This document shows, one piece after another, positions 36,547-48,880 of a DNA stretch of 64,000 nucleotides. Below the pieces are notes generated by a model that did not search any database, was not told the DNA's origin, and saw nothing but the letters and a program-made list of their open reading frames with translations. The stretch is from positions 5,582,001 through 5,646,000 of the forward strand of contig NC_086101.1 of assembly GCF_963921235.1 (NCBI RefSeq), read 5' to 3'. The translations under genes and the position numbers were made by a program. The first letter of the stretch is position 1, and each line of letters opens with the position of its first letter. Source of the DNA: Mobula hypostoma. Taxonomy: Eukaryota.

Positions 36547-37960
36547 TTGTTTAAAAAAGGATCGAAAAGTAATCCAGGAAATTATAGGCCGGTGAGTTTA
36601 ACGTCGGTAGTGGGTAAGTTATTGGAGGGAGTACTAAGAGACAGAATCTACAAGCATTTGGATAGACAGGGACTCATTAGGGAGAGTCAACATGGCTTTG
36701 TGTGTGGTAGGTCATGTTTGACCAATCTATTGGAGTTTTTCGAGGAGGTTACCAGGAAAGTGGATGAAGGGAAGGCAGTGGATATTGTCTATATGGATTT
36801 CAGTAAGGCCTTTGACAAGGTCACGCATGGGAGGTTAGTTAGGAAAATTCAGTCGCTAGGTATACATGGAGAGGTGGTAAATTGGATTAGACATTGGCTC
36901 AATGGAAGAAACCAGAGAGTGGTGGTAGAGAATTTCTTCTCTGAGTGGAGGCCTGTGACTAGTGGTGTGCCACAGGGATCAGTGCTGGGTCCATTGTTAT
37001 TTGTCATCTATATCAATGATCTGGATGATAATGTGGTAAATTGGATGAGCAAATTTGCTGATGATACAAAGATTGGAGGTGTAGTAGACAGTGAGAAAGG
37101 TTTTCAGAGCCTGCAGAGGGACTTGGACCAGCTGGAAAAATGGGCTGAAAAATGGCAAATGGAGTTTAATACAGACAAGTGTGAGGTATTGCACGTTGGA
37201 AGGACAAACCAAGGTAGAACATACAGTGTTAATGGTAAGGCACTGAGGAGTGCAGTAGAACAGAGGGATCTGGGAATACAGAGACAAAATTCCCTAAAAG
37301 TGGCGTCACAAGTAGATAGGGTCGTAAAGAGAGCTTTTGGTACATTGGCCTTTATTAATCAAAGTATTGAGTATAAGAGCTGGAATGTTATGATGAGGTT
37401 GTATAAGGCATTGGTGAGGCCGAATCTGGAGTATTGTGTTCAGTTTTGGTCACCAAATTACAGGAAGGATATAAATAAGGTTGAAAGAGTGCAGAGAAGG
37501 TTTACAAGGATGTTGCCAGGACTTGAGAAACTCAGTTACAGAGAAAGGTTGAATAGGTTAGGACTTTATTCCCTGGAGTGTAGAAGAATGAGGGGAGATT
37601 TGATAAAGGTATATAAAATTATGATGGGTATACATAGAGTGAATGCAAGCAGGCTTTTTCCACTGAGGCAAGGGGAGAGAAAAAACCAGAGGACATGGGT
37701 TAAGGGTGAGGGGGGAAAGTTTAAAGGGAATATTAGTGGGGGCTTCTTCACACAGAGAGTGGTGGGAGTATGGAATGTGCTGCCAGATGAGGTGGTAAAT
37801 GCGGGTTCTTTTTTAACATTTAAGAATAAATTGGACAGATACATGGATGGGAGGTATATGGAGGGATATGGTCCGTGTGCAGGTCAGTGGGACTAGGCAG
37901 AAAATGGTTCGGCACAGCCAAGGGCCAAAAGGCCTGTTTCTGTGCTGTAGTTTCTATGGT
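36547..37960 (+). mobile_element. Young CR1 (family A), 5'-truncated, with an open RT-containing ORF of 449 aa
   Basis: NYRPVSLTS, QHGF, DFSKAFDKV, GVPQGSVLGP, KFADDTK, RDLG. Confidence 0.95.
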
Positions 37961-38994
37961 TAATTACTGTTCCTGAACCTGATGGCATGGGCTTGAGGTT
38001 CCCGTATCTTCTTTCCAATGGCAGTAGCAAGAAGAGAGCATGGCCTGGATGGTCAGGGTCGCTGACGATGGATGCTGCTTTCCTGCCACAATGTTCCTCG
38101 TAGATCTACTCAGTGCTGGGGTGGACTTTACCCATGATGGACGGGGCTGTGTCCACTACTTTTTGTAGGCTTTTCTGCACAAGGGCATTGAGTTTCCATA
38201 GTAGCCCATGATACAGCCAGTCAACATGCTCTCAGGGGCAAAATTTTAGATCACAAATTTCTAAGAAAGTAGAGACACTACCATGCTTTCTTCATTATGG
38301 TACTTAAGTGCTGGACTCAGATCTCTGAATTGACAACTCTGAGGAATTTAAAGTTTAAAGCAATCAGTGCTATTTTTGACAGCTTGTGACAGAGCTTCTC
38401 CATCTATACTCTGCAGGGCAGCAGAGTTGAGGGAAGCACCTCCAGTTTTCCAGGAACTTTCTGCATGCCTAAGCAGCTCTACACAGACAAAGCAGCCATT
38501 CAGAGTTGCCAGCCTCCTTGCTTCCTCAGCGTTCCACTCAGGTGAGGGTGGCAAACATTGGGTGAAAAAAAAAGCAGCTGGCTTGCAAATCCTTTCACAT
38601 GTCTGCCCACAGCACCGGGCTCCCAGACCCACCCAGCACCCTCCTCCACACAGTGCACAGTATGTCAGTGTCCTCTGGTGCCATCTCACACTGGCTTACT
38701 GTGCATGACTCAGCAAACAACCAGCCCCTTCACAACCTCTCAGACTTCAGCCGCCTGGGTGAGGTGCTGACTTCGAGGACTTGCAATGTTTGAGGTTGGT
38801 TCCACAGCACTGTGGTCTCCTGTGTAAATTAGAACTCTTGTTCAGCAGAGCCCGAGTTTCCTCGACACCTGATCCTACTACTACCCAGTTCAAAGTGAAT
38901 TTATTATTGGAGTATGGAGGACATTTTCAAAAGGCAATGCCTCAAAGAGGTAGCATCTGTCATTAAGGACGCAGCCCTCTTCTCATTGAGGCCC

Positions 38995-39760
38995 TCTTCA
39001 GAGAGGAGTTGGCCAAGAATGATTGGAAAAGAACACTGGCAGGGATGGTGGCAAAGCAGCAACAGCTGGAATTTCTGGATGCAAGTCGAAAGGCTCAGTA
39101 TATATACATCCAAAAGAGGAAAAAGTATTCAAAACGAAAGATGACACAACCGTGGCTAACGAGAGAAGTCAAAGTCAGCATAAAAGCCAACGGGAGGGCA
39201 TATAATGGGACAAAAATTAGTAGGAAGTTAGAGAATTGGGAAGCTTTTGAAAACCAACAGAAGACAACTAAAAAGTCATTCAGAAGGTAAAGATGGAATA
39301 AGTAAGTAAGCGAGCGAGGGTACTAAAAATTTCTTCAGATACGTAAAGTATAAAAGTGAGAGTGGATATCGCACTGCTGCAAGACGATGCTTCAGAGGTA
39401 TTAATTTGGGTCAAGGAAACTTTGGATGAGCTGAACAAGTATTTTGCATCAGTCTTCACTGTGCAAGACACCAGCAGTATGATGGAAGTTCCAGGTTATC
39501 AGGGGACACGAAGTGTGTGAAGTTACCATTACTAGAGAGAAGGTTCTTGGGAAAATGAAAGGTCTCAAGGTAGATAAGTCAGCTAGACCAGATAGTGTAC
39601 ACCCTAAGGTCCTGGAAGAGGTGGCTGAAGAGATTGTGGAGGCATTAGTCATGATCTTTCAAGAATCACTAGATTCTGGAATAGCACATGATAAAATTGG
39701 CTGTAGTCAGCATGGTTTCCTCAAGGGAAAATCTTGCCTGAAAAATCTGTTGGATTTACT
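38995..39760 (+). mobile_element. Degenerate CR1 ORF2 fragment
   Basis: QPWLTREVK; GLKVDKSARPDSVHPKVL; QHGFLKGKSCL. Confidence 0.8.
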
Positions 39761-39893
39761 ACCCCTCAACCATCAGGTCCTTGAATAGAAGGGGATAACT
39801 ACACTCACTTGAGATGTTCTTACAACCAAAGACCTCACTTTAAGGACTCTTTATTTCATTATTTCATGTTCTAGTTGTTTATTGCTATTTATT

Positions 39894-40160
39894 GTGTGGC
39901 CAAGTCGCTAGTTCGAGCTTTGGCTGAGGCAATGTGTTGTGTCCTTGAGCAAGGCACTTAACCACACATTGCTCTGCGACGACACTGGGGCCAAGCTGTA
40001 TGGGTCCTCATGCCCTTCCCTTAGACAACATCGGTGGCGTGCCGAGGGGAGACTTGCAGCGTGGACAACTGCCGGTCTTCCATACAACCCTGCCCAGGCC
40101 TGCGCCCTGGAAACTTTCCAAGGTGCAAATCCATGGTCTCACGAGACTAACAGATGCCTA
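39894..40160 (+). mobile_element. Second copy of the CORE-like/RTE-tail SINE, with a deletion in the tRNA head
   Basis: Colinear with 15405-15713: 'gtgttgtgtccttgagcaaggcacttaaccacacattgctc' ... 'ccatggtctcacgagactaacagatgcc'. Confidence 0.8.
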
Positions 40161-40644
40161 TATAATTTATATTTGAATTTACACAGTGTGTTGTCTTCTG
40201 CACTCTGGTTGATCTTTCATTGATCCTGTTATAGGTACTATTCTATAGATCTGCTGAGTACGCTCACAGGATAGTGATTGTATATGGTGACATATGTACA
40301 TGTATTTTGATAATAAAATTTACTTTGAACTTCACATGGCCCTGATCGGGGGCTAAGCAGGTACTACGCCTTGCCCAAGGGTGACTTGTAGGCTAGCGGA
40401 GGGAAGAAGCACCTTCCTCCTTTGGTAAAGCCACATCTCCACTCTCCACCCATATTTTTATATAGCCATATGTGTATATATTTCTTACTGTAATTTAGAG
40501 TCTTTTTAAAATTATGTGCTGTAGTGTAATGTACTGCTACTGTAAAACAACAAGTTTCATGACATACACCAGTGATATTAAACCTGATTCTGATTTGAGA
40601 TGTCACCATATACAACCCTGACGTGCTCATTTTTCTGACTTTTA

Positions 40645-41072
40645 TTTTAGAGATACAGAGCGAAACAGGCCCTTCAAGTCCACCGAGCCACACACACAGA
40701 TTTAACCCAAGCCTAATAACAGGACACTTTACAATGAACAGCGAACCTGCCAACCAGTACGCCTTTGGACTGTGGAAGGAAACCACGGTGCCCGGAAGAA
40801 ATCCACGCACTTGCGGGAAGATCATACAAACTTTCTTACAGAGGACAGCGGAATTCTGAATGCCAACACCTCATTTAAAGCGAAGTTGATAGATTCCTGA
40901 CTGTTTGGGGCATCAAGGGATATGGCGAGAGGGCAGGTGTATGGGGTTGAATGGGATGGTGATGAAATGGTGGAGAGGACTTGGTGGGCTGAATGGCCTC
41001 ATTCTGCTCCTGTGTCTTATGGTCTAAGCTGTAATAGCATCACGCTAACTGCTACTCTACTGTGGCACCCCT
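40645..41072 (-). mobile_element. HE1-like V-SINE split by a CR1 3' fragment (~40870-41025)
   Basis: V-core reverse complement at 40760-40810; head reverse complement 'gctgtaatagcatcacgctaactgctac...gtggcaccc' at 41028-41071. Confidence 0.6.
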
Positions 41073-42047
41073 TGTGGGCATTCACAACAGAATAAAGAAA
41101 TACGACAGAATCAATGACAAGCTACCAATTGTAAAAGAAGACATTGTGCAACTACAAAATAATCAAGTCCTTATAATAAAAATAAGTAAATAATTAATAT
41201 TGAGAACATGAATTGTAGAGACCTTGAAAGTGAGTCCATAGGTTGTGGCATTAGATCAGTGTTGGGGTGAGCGGTTTGGAGCCTGATGGTTGAGGGGTAG
41301 TATATAATACTTTACACAAAATACTCTGCAGATGCTGGGGTCAAAGCAACACTCACAACACGCCGGAGGAACTCGGCAGCTCGGGCAGCATCCGTGGAAA
41401 CAAACAGTCAACGTATCGGGCCGGAACCCTTCGTCAGGACTGTAGGGGGAAGGGGCAGAGGCCCTATAAAGAAGGTACGGGGAGGGTGGGAAGGAGAAGG
41501 CTGGTAGGTTCCAGGTGAAAAACCAGTAAGGGGAAGATGAAGGGGTGGGGGGAGGGCAAACAGGGAAGGGATAGGCAGGAAAGGTGAAGGAGGAATAGGG
41601 GAAAACACAATGGCCATTCCCTATTCCCAGTTCCTCTGTCTCCACCGCATCTGCTCCCAGGATGAGGCTTTCCATTCCAGGACATCTCAAATGTCCTCTT
41701 TCTTTAAGGATCGTGGTTTCCCTTCTACTGTCATCAATGATGCCCTCACCTGCATCTCCTCCATTTCCCGCACTTCGGCCCTCACCCCATCCTCCCGCCA
41801 CCCCACCGGCCTCCGGACCCAGCACATTATCCTCCGCAACTTCCGCCACCTTCAACAGGACCACCACTAAGCACAACTTTCCCTCTCCACCCCTCTCCGC
41901 AGGGATCGCTCCCTCCGCGACTCCCTGGTCTACACGTCCCTCCCCACGGATCTCCCAGCCGGCACTTATCCCTGTAAGCGTAAGTGCTACACCTGTCCCT
42001 AGACCTCCTCTCTCACCACCATTCAGGGCCCCAAACAGTCCTTCCAG

Positions 42048-42374
42048 GTGACGCAACATTTCACTTGTGAGTCTGTTGGGGTCATCTACTGCATCTGGTG
42101 CTCCCAATACAGCGTCCTCTACATTGGTGAAACCCGACGCAGATTGGGGGACCGCTTCGTCGAGCACTTCCGCTCCATCCGCCACAACAGACAGGGACTC
42201 CCGGTTACCACCCACTTCAACTCTGCTTCACCTTCCCATTTAGATATGTCCATACATGGCCTCCTCTACTGCCATGATGAGGCTAAACTCAGGTTGGAGG
42301 AGCAACACCTCATATACCGTCTAGGTCGTCTCCAGCCCCTTGGTATGAACATAGAATTCTCCAACTTTCGGTAA
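42048..42374 (+). pseudogene. Penelope GIY-YIG endonuclease domain
   Basis: GVIYCIWC..LYIGETRRRLGDRFVEH..HFN..RLEEQHLIYRL..P.GMN. Confidence 0.9.
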
Positions 42375-42768
42375 TTCCCTACCCCTCCCTTCCCCTATCC
42401 CTATGTCACTCTGCCCCTCCCTCAGCTGCCTATCACCTCCCTCATGGTTCCGCCTCCTTCTACTACCCATTGTGTTTTCCCCTATTCCTTCTTCATTGTT
42501 GATTAGACAATGAAGATTTGAATAGCTCAGACTCAGCAGAAAGCAGCTGATTGGGCAATTGAGGTTAGGTGACCAAGCATTTTGAAAAGCTCAAACAGAT
42601 AAATAGAGGGATAGCTCAAGCGAAGCAGCCAGTGAGTGGACCAGTGAAGAAGTGAAGCTTTGAGGCTTTGACTCGAGAGGCTTCGACAAGAAGAGGCGGA
42701 GGACAAGCTTGCTCGCAGTTAGTTTTTACAACGTCTCCTGAGACGAGGATGTGCCTCTCATGTGAGAT

Positions 42769-44242
42769 AGAAACATAGAAACATAGAAAATAGGTGCAGG
42801 AGTAGGCCATTCGGCCCTTCGAGCCTGCACCGCCATTTATTATGATCATGGCTGATCATCCAACTCAGAACCCAGCCTTCCCTCCATACCCCCTGACCCC
42901 TGTAGCCACAAGGGCCATATCTAACTTCCTTTTAAACATAGCTAATGAACTGGCCTCAACAGTTTGCTGTGGCAGAGAATTCCACAGATTCACCACTCTC
43001 TGTGTGAAGAAGTTTTTCCTAACCTCGGTCCTAAAAGGCTTCCCCTCTATCCTCAAACTGTGACCCCTCGTTCTAGACCTCCCCAACATCGGGAACAATC
43101 TTCCCGCATCTAGCCTGTCCAATCCCTTTAGGATCTTATACGTTTCAATCAGATCCCCCCTCAATCTTCTAAATTCCAACGAGTACAAGCCCAGTTCATC
43201 CAGTCTTTCTTCATATGAAAGACCTGCCATCCCAGGAATCAATCTGGTGAACCTTCTTTGTACTCCCTCTATGGCAAAGATGTCTTTCCTCAGATTAGGG
43301 GACCAAAACTGCACACAATACTCCAGGTGTGGTCTCACCAAGGCCTTGTACAACTGCAGTAGTACCTCCCTGCTCCTGTACTCGAATCCTCTCGCTATAA
43401 ATGCCAGCATACCGTTCGCCTTTTTCACCGCCTGCTGTACCTGCATGCCCACTTTCAATGACTGGTGTATAATGACACCCAGGTCTCGTTGCACCTCCCC
43501 TTTTCCTAATCGGCCACCATTCAGATAATAATCTGTTTTCCTATTTTTGCCACCAAAGTGGATAACTTCACATTTATCCACATTAAATTGCATCTGCCAT
43601 GAGTTTGCCCACTCACCCAACCTATCCAAGTCACCCTGCATCCTCTTAGCATCCTCCTCACTGCTAACACTGCCACCCAGCTTCGTGTCATCCGCAAACT
43701 TGGAGATGCTGCATTTAATTCCCTCATCCAAGTCATTAATATATATTGTAAACAACTGGGGTCCCAGCACTGAGCCTTGCGGTACCCCACTAGTCACCGC
43801 CTGCCATTCTGAAAAGGTCCCGTTTATTCCCACTCTTTGCTTCCTGTCTGCTAACCAATTCTCCACCCACACCAATACCTTACCCCCAATACCGTGTGCT
43901 TTAGGTTTGCACACTAATCTCCTGTGTGGGACCTTGTCAAAAGCCTTTTGAAAATCCAAATATACCACATCCACTGGTTCTCCCCTATCCACTCTACTAG
44001 TTACATCCTCAAAAAATTCTATGAGATTCGTCAGACATGATTTTCCTTTCACAAATCCATGCTGACTTTGTCCGATCATTTCACCGCTTTCCAAATGTGC
44101 TGTTATCACATCCTTGATAACTGACTCCAGCAGTTTCCCCACCACCGACGTTAGGCTAACCGGCCTATAATTCCCCGGTTTCTCTCTCCCTCCTTTTTTA
44201 AAAAGTGGGGTTACATTAGCCACCCTCCAATCCTCAGGAACT
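42769..44242 (-). mobile_element. Young antisense CR1 with an uninterrupted RT, inserted in the ORF1 zinc finger
   Basis: VPEDWRVANVTPLFKKG through ..GYGGKAGF without stops; (TTTCTATG)n tail; agat duplicated at 42765-42768 and 44243-44246. Confidence 0.93.
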
Positions 44243-45438
44243 AGATGTGGCAGTCTTGGGGGAACGCCCCTCTCCCGCAGAGTCACATCTGCCAGAAGTG
44301 CATACGGCTGGGCGATCTGAAAGACCGTGTAAGGAACCTGGAGCAGCAGCTGGATGATCTTTGACTCATAAGGGAGAATGAGGCAGTCATAGATGAGAGC
44401 TACAGGGAGGTAGTCACACCTAGGCTGTCGGAAGCAGGTTGTTGGGTGACAGTCAGAGGGGGGAAAGCGAAGGTGAGCAGACAGGTAGTGCAGAGCACTC
44501 CTGTAGCCATTCCCCTGAATAATAAGTTTACCTTCCTGGATACTGTTGGTGGGGACGACCGACCAGGTGTGAGCCACGGTGGCAGGGCCTCCGGCACTGA
44601 GTCTGACCCTGTGGTGCAGAAGGGTGGGACGGAGAAGAGGAGAGCTGTCGTCATTGGAGACTCTGTAGTCAGGGGAGCAGACAGGAGATTTTGTGGACAT
44701 GAGAAGGACACCCGCATGGTTTGTTGCCTCCTGGGTGCCAGGGTCCGGGATGTCTCTGACCGGGTGCACGACATCCTGGTACGAGAGGGAAAGCAACCAG
44801 AAGTCGTGATACATGTTGGGACCAACGACATAGGCAGGAAGAGGGATGAGGTCCTGAAGTCTGAGTTTCGGGAACTAGGCAGAAGGCTGAAGAACAGGAC
44901 CGCAAGGGTGACATTCTCAGGATTGCTGCCAGTGCTACGTGACGGAGATGGTAAGAATTGGAGGAGATGGCAGTTGAACGCGTGGCTGGGGAGTTGGTGC
45001 AGGGTGCAGGGTTTTAGATTTTTAGATCATTGGGATCTCTTCTGGGGAAAGTGGGACCTGTACAGATTGGATGGGTTGCACCTGAACTCGAGGGAGAGCA
45101 ATATCCTTGCAGGTAGGTTCGCTGGCATGGTTCAGGAGGGTTTAAACTAATTTGCGAGGGGGATGGGACCCAGAGCGATAGAGCAGTGAAAGAAGTGCAT
45201 GGAGTAAAGCCAGATCTAACATACAGAGAGGCTTTGAGGAAAGAGAAGCAGAATAAACGGTGTAAAGACAGTAAGGTAGAAGGGCTGAAATATGTGTACC
45301 TCAATGCAAGAAGCATCAGGAACGAAGGTGATGAACTGAGAGCTTGGATACATACATGGAATTATGATGTAGTGGCCATTACAGAGACTTGGCTGGCACC
45401 AGGGCAGGAATGGATTCTCAATATTCCTGGATTTCAGT

Positions 45439-45664
45439 AAACACAAAATAATCTGCAGATGCTGGGGTCAAAGCAACACTCACAACACGCTGGAGGAACT
45501 CAGCAGGTCGGGCAGCATCAGTGGAAAAGATCGGTCGATGTTTCGGGCCAGAACCCGAAGTTCCCTTCGGGTCCTGGCGAAGGGTTCCGTCCCGAAACGT
45601 CGACCGATCTTTTCCACTGATGCTGCCTGACCTGTTGAGTTCCTCCAGCGTGGTGTGAGTGTTG
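45439..45664. mobile_element. Palindromic mini-Penelope insertion, 13-bp TSD
   Basis: TSD cctggatttcagt at 45426-45438 and 45665-45677; inverted arms. Confidence 0.9.
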
Positions 45665-48257
45665 CCTGGATTTCAGTGCTCTAAAAGGGATAGAGAGGGG
45701 GGAAAAAGGGGAGGGAGGGTGGCATTACTGGTCAGGAATACTATTACAGCTACAGAATGGGTGGGTAATGTAGCAGGATCCTCTTTTGAGTCAGTATGGG
45801 CGGAAGTCAGGAAAAGAAAGGGAGAAGTTACTCTATTGGGGGTATTCTATAGGCCCCCTGGTAGCAGCAGAGATACAGAGGAGTAGATTGGGAGGTAGAT
45901 TTTGGAAAGGTGCAAAAATAACAGGGTTGTTATCATGGGTGACTTTAACTTCCCTAATATTGATTGGCACCTGATTAATTCCAAGGGTTCAGATGGGGCA
46001 GAGTTTGTTAAGTGTGTCCAGGAGGGATTCCTGTCACAGAATGTAGACAGGCCGACTAGGGGGAATGCCATACTAGATGTAGTACTAGGTAATGAACCGG
46101 GTCAGGTCACAGATCTCTCAGTGGGTAAGCATCTAGGGGACAGTGACCACCACTTCCTGGCCTTTAGCATTATCATGAAAAAGGATGGAATCAGAAAGGA
46201 CAGGAAATTTTTTTAAATTGGGGAAGGGCAAATTATGAGGCTATAAGGCTAGAACTTGCGGGTGTGAATTGGGATGATGTTTTTGCAGGGAAATGTACTA
46301 TGGACATGTGGTCGATGTTTAGAGATCTCTTGCAGGATGTTAGGGATAAATTTGTCCCAGTGAGGAAGATAAAGAATGGTAGGGTGAAGGAACCATGAGT
46401 GAAAAGCGAGGTGGAAAATCTAGTCAGGTGGAAGGCAGCATACATGAGGTTTAGGAAGCAAGGATCAGATGGGTCTATTGAGGAATATAGGGAAGCAAGA
46501 AAGGAGCTTAAGAAGGGGCTGAGAAGAGCAAGAAGGGGGCCTTGGCTAGTAGGGTAAAGGAAAGCCCCAAGACATTCTTCAATTATGTGAAGAAAAAAAG
46601 GATGACAGGAGTGAAGGTAGGACCGATTAGAGATAAAGGTGGGAAGATGAGCCTGGAGGCTGTGGAAGTGAGCGAGGTCCTCAATGAATACTTCTCTTCG
46701 GTATTCACCAATGAGAGGGAACTTGATGATGGTGACGACAATATGAGTGAGGTTGATGTTCTGGAGCATGTTGATATTAAGGGAGAGGAAGTGTTGGAGT
46801 TGTTAAAATACATTAGGACGGATAAGTCCCAGGGGCCTGACGGAATATTCCCCAGGCTGCTCCATGAGGCGTGGGAAGAGGTTGCTGAGCCTCTGGCTAG
46901 GATCTTTATGTCCTCGTTGTCCATGGGAATGGTACCGGAGGATCGGAGGGAGGCAAATGTTGTTCCCTTGTTCAAGAAAGGTAGTAGGGATAGTCCGGGT
47001 AATTATAGACCAGTGAGCCTTACATCTGTGGTGGGAAAGCTATTGGAAAAGATTATTAGAGATAGGATCTCTGGGCATTTACAGAATCATGGTTTGATCA
47101 GGGACAGTCGGCATGGCTTTGTGAAGGGCAGATGATGTCTAACAAGCCTGATAGAGTTCTTTGAGGAGGTGACCAGGCACATAGATGAGGGTAGTTCAGT
47201 AGATGTGATCTATATGGATTTTAGTAAGGCATTTGACAAGGTTCCACATGGTAGGCTTATTCAGAAAGTCAGAAGACATGGGATCCAGGGAAGTTTGGCC
47301 AGGTGGATTCAGAATTGGCTTGCCTGCAGAAGGCAGGGGGTCATGGTGGAGGGAGTACATTCAGATTGGAGGATTGTGACTAGTGGTGTCCCACAAGGAT
47401 CTGTTCTGGGGCCTCTACTTTTCGTGATTTTTATTAACGACCTGGATGTGGGGGTAGAAGGGTGGGTTGGCAAGTTTGCAGATGACACAAAGGTTGGTGG
47501 TGTTGTAGATAGTGTCGGGGATTGTCAAAGATTGCAGAGAGACATTGATAGGATGCAGAAGTGGGCTGAGAAGAGGCAGATGGAGTTCAACTCAGAGAAG
47601 CGTGAGGTGGTACACTTTGGAAGGACAAACTCCAAGGCAGAGTACAAAGTAAATGGCAGGATACTTGGTAGTGTGGAGGAGCAGAGGGATCTCGGGGTAC
47701 ATGTCCACAGATCCCTGAAAGTTGCCTCACAAGTGGATAGGGTAGTTAAGAAAGCTTATGGGGTGTTAGCTTTCATAAGTCGAGGGCTAGAGTTTAAGAG
47801 TCGCGAGTGGACAGCCAGCGCCTCTTCCCCAGGGCACCACTGCTCAATAGAAGAGGACATGGCTTTAAGGTAAGGGGTGAGAAGTTCAAGGGGGATATTA
47901 GAGGAAGGTTTTTTACTCAGAGAGTGGTTGGTGCGTGGAATGCACTGCCTGAGTCAGTGGTGGAGGCAGATACACTAGTGGAGTTTAAGAGACTACTAGA
48001 CAGGTATATGGAGGAATTTAAAGTGGGGGCTTATATGGGAGGCAGAGTTTGAGGGTTGGCACAACATTGTGGGCCAAAGGGCCTGTACTGTGCTGTACTA
48101 GTCTATGTTCAGTATTCTTTCCTATTTATCACCTCCCTGCTTCCCCTCCCCCACCCCTTTATCTTTCCCCTTACTGGATTTTCACCTGGCACCTACCAGC
48201 TTTCTCCTTCCCACCCTCCCCCCACCTTCTTTATAGGGCCTCTGCCCCTTCCCTCTT

Positions 48258-48295
48258 CAGTCCTGACGAAGGGTTCCGGCCCGAAACATTGACTG
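48258..48295 (+). ncRNA. Decayed minimal hammerhead ribozyme motif in the Penelope pLTR
   Basis: cagtc-CTGACGA-a-ggg ttccgg ccc-GAAAC-att-gactg; stem I is cagtc/gactg; GUC has become AUU, consistent with CpG decay. Confidence 0.6.
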
Positions 48296-48359
48296 TTTGT
48301 TTCCACGAATGCTGCCCAACCTGTGGAGTTCCTCCAGCGTGTTGTGAGTGTAATACTTT

Positions 48360-48880
48360 GTTTAGTGATTTTACCTAATCTGTAAACCAAGTTGGGCATA
48401 TGCAGAAAATGTGACATTAAAATAGGTACTTATATCATATTATCATATTTATTCTATTCCAACTTTAAGCAAGTCTACAGGGAGTTTGGCCTCATCACAT
48501 AGGACATCAATAGAGTAGCCCCTTAGCAGCTAGCCAGCTAGTTTAAATAACGTTAGCTATGCTAATTGACAAACGACATCTGTTAAACTCACCTCAACAT
48601 GTCTTTTACATTTTAACCCACCATGGGCAATAGAAAAGTCACTGTTGCAAACAGTGCAGCGAGCAACTGTCATTATTTTTGAGGTCAACTGTAAAGCCCG
48701 TCCACAGAGAAAACTGATAGGTCTACTTAGCATGAAGGGAGACCAACCAGGATGCTAGCTCTCACCCTCCCTCTCAAAAAAAATCAATTTCCGGGATATT
48801 GTATATAATTTGCGGGCGTCAGGGAGCCGCTATCAATATGCCGGAGACTCCCGGAACTTCCGGGAGAGGTGGGAGGTCTG
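48360..48880. mobile_element. One end of a non-autonomous DNA transposon (hAT-like)
   Basis: Terminal 'cggagactcccggaacttccgggagaggtgggaggtctg' with a subterminal palindrome; the partner end was not found. Confidence 0.5.

Larger units (their letters stand above)
42496..48117 (+). mobile_element. Full-length CR1 LINE: 5'UTR, ORF1 (Cys-rich zinc finger/coiled coil + SGNH esterase), ORF2 (APE + RT), decayed
   Basis: ORF1 CLSCE|MWQ..HICQKC..LEQQLDDL and VIGDSVVRG..HVGTND..DGLHLN; ORF2 YLNARSI..ITETW..GDFNFP..FADDTK; internal deletion at ~47806. Confidence 0.92.
41314..48350 (+). mobile_element. Penelope-like element with an inverted 5' pLTR and GIY-YIG, 9-bp TSD, interrupted by a full-length CR1
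   Basis: TSD taatacttt at 41305-41313 and 48351-48359; inverted pLTR at 41314-41612; the pLTR breaks at ~42495 and resumes at ~48118. Confidence 0.88.

Noticed and set aside
42865..44814. 649-aa ORF suggesting an RT with a novel N-terminal domain
   Set aside because: Chance in-frame fusion. The first ~190 aa are the antisense of the host CR1 ORF1, and the real inserted CR1 begins at ~44242 (VPEDWR).
44446..45150. Horizontally acquired GDSL lipase gene
   Set aside because: It is the standard esterase-type ORF1 directly upstream of a CR1 ORF2.
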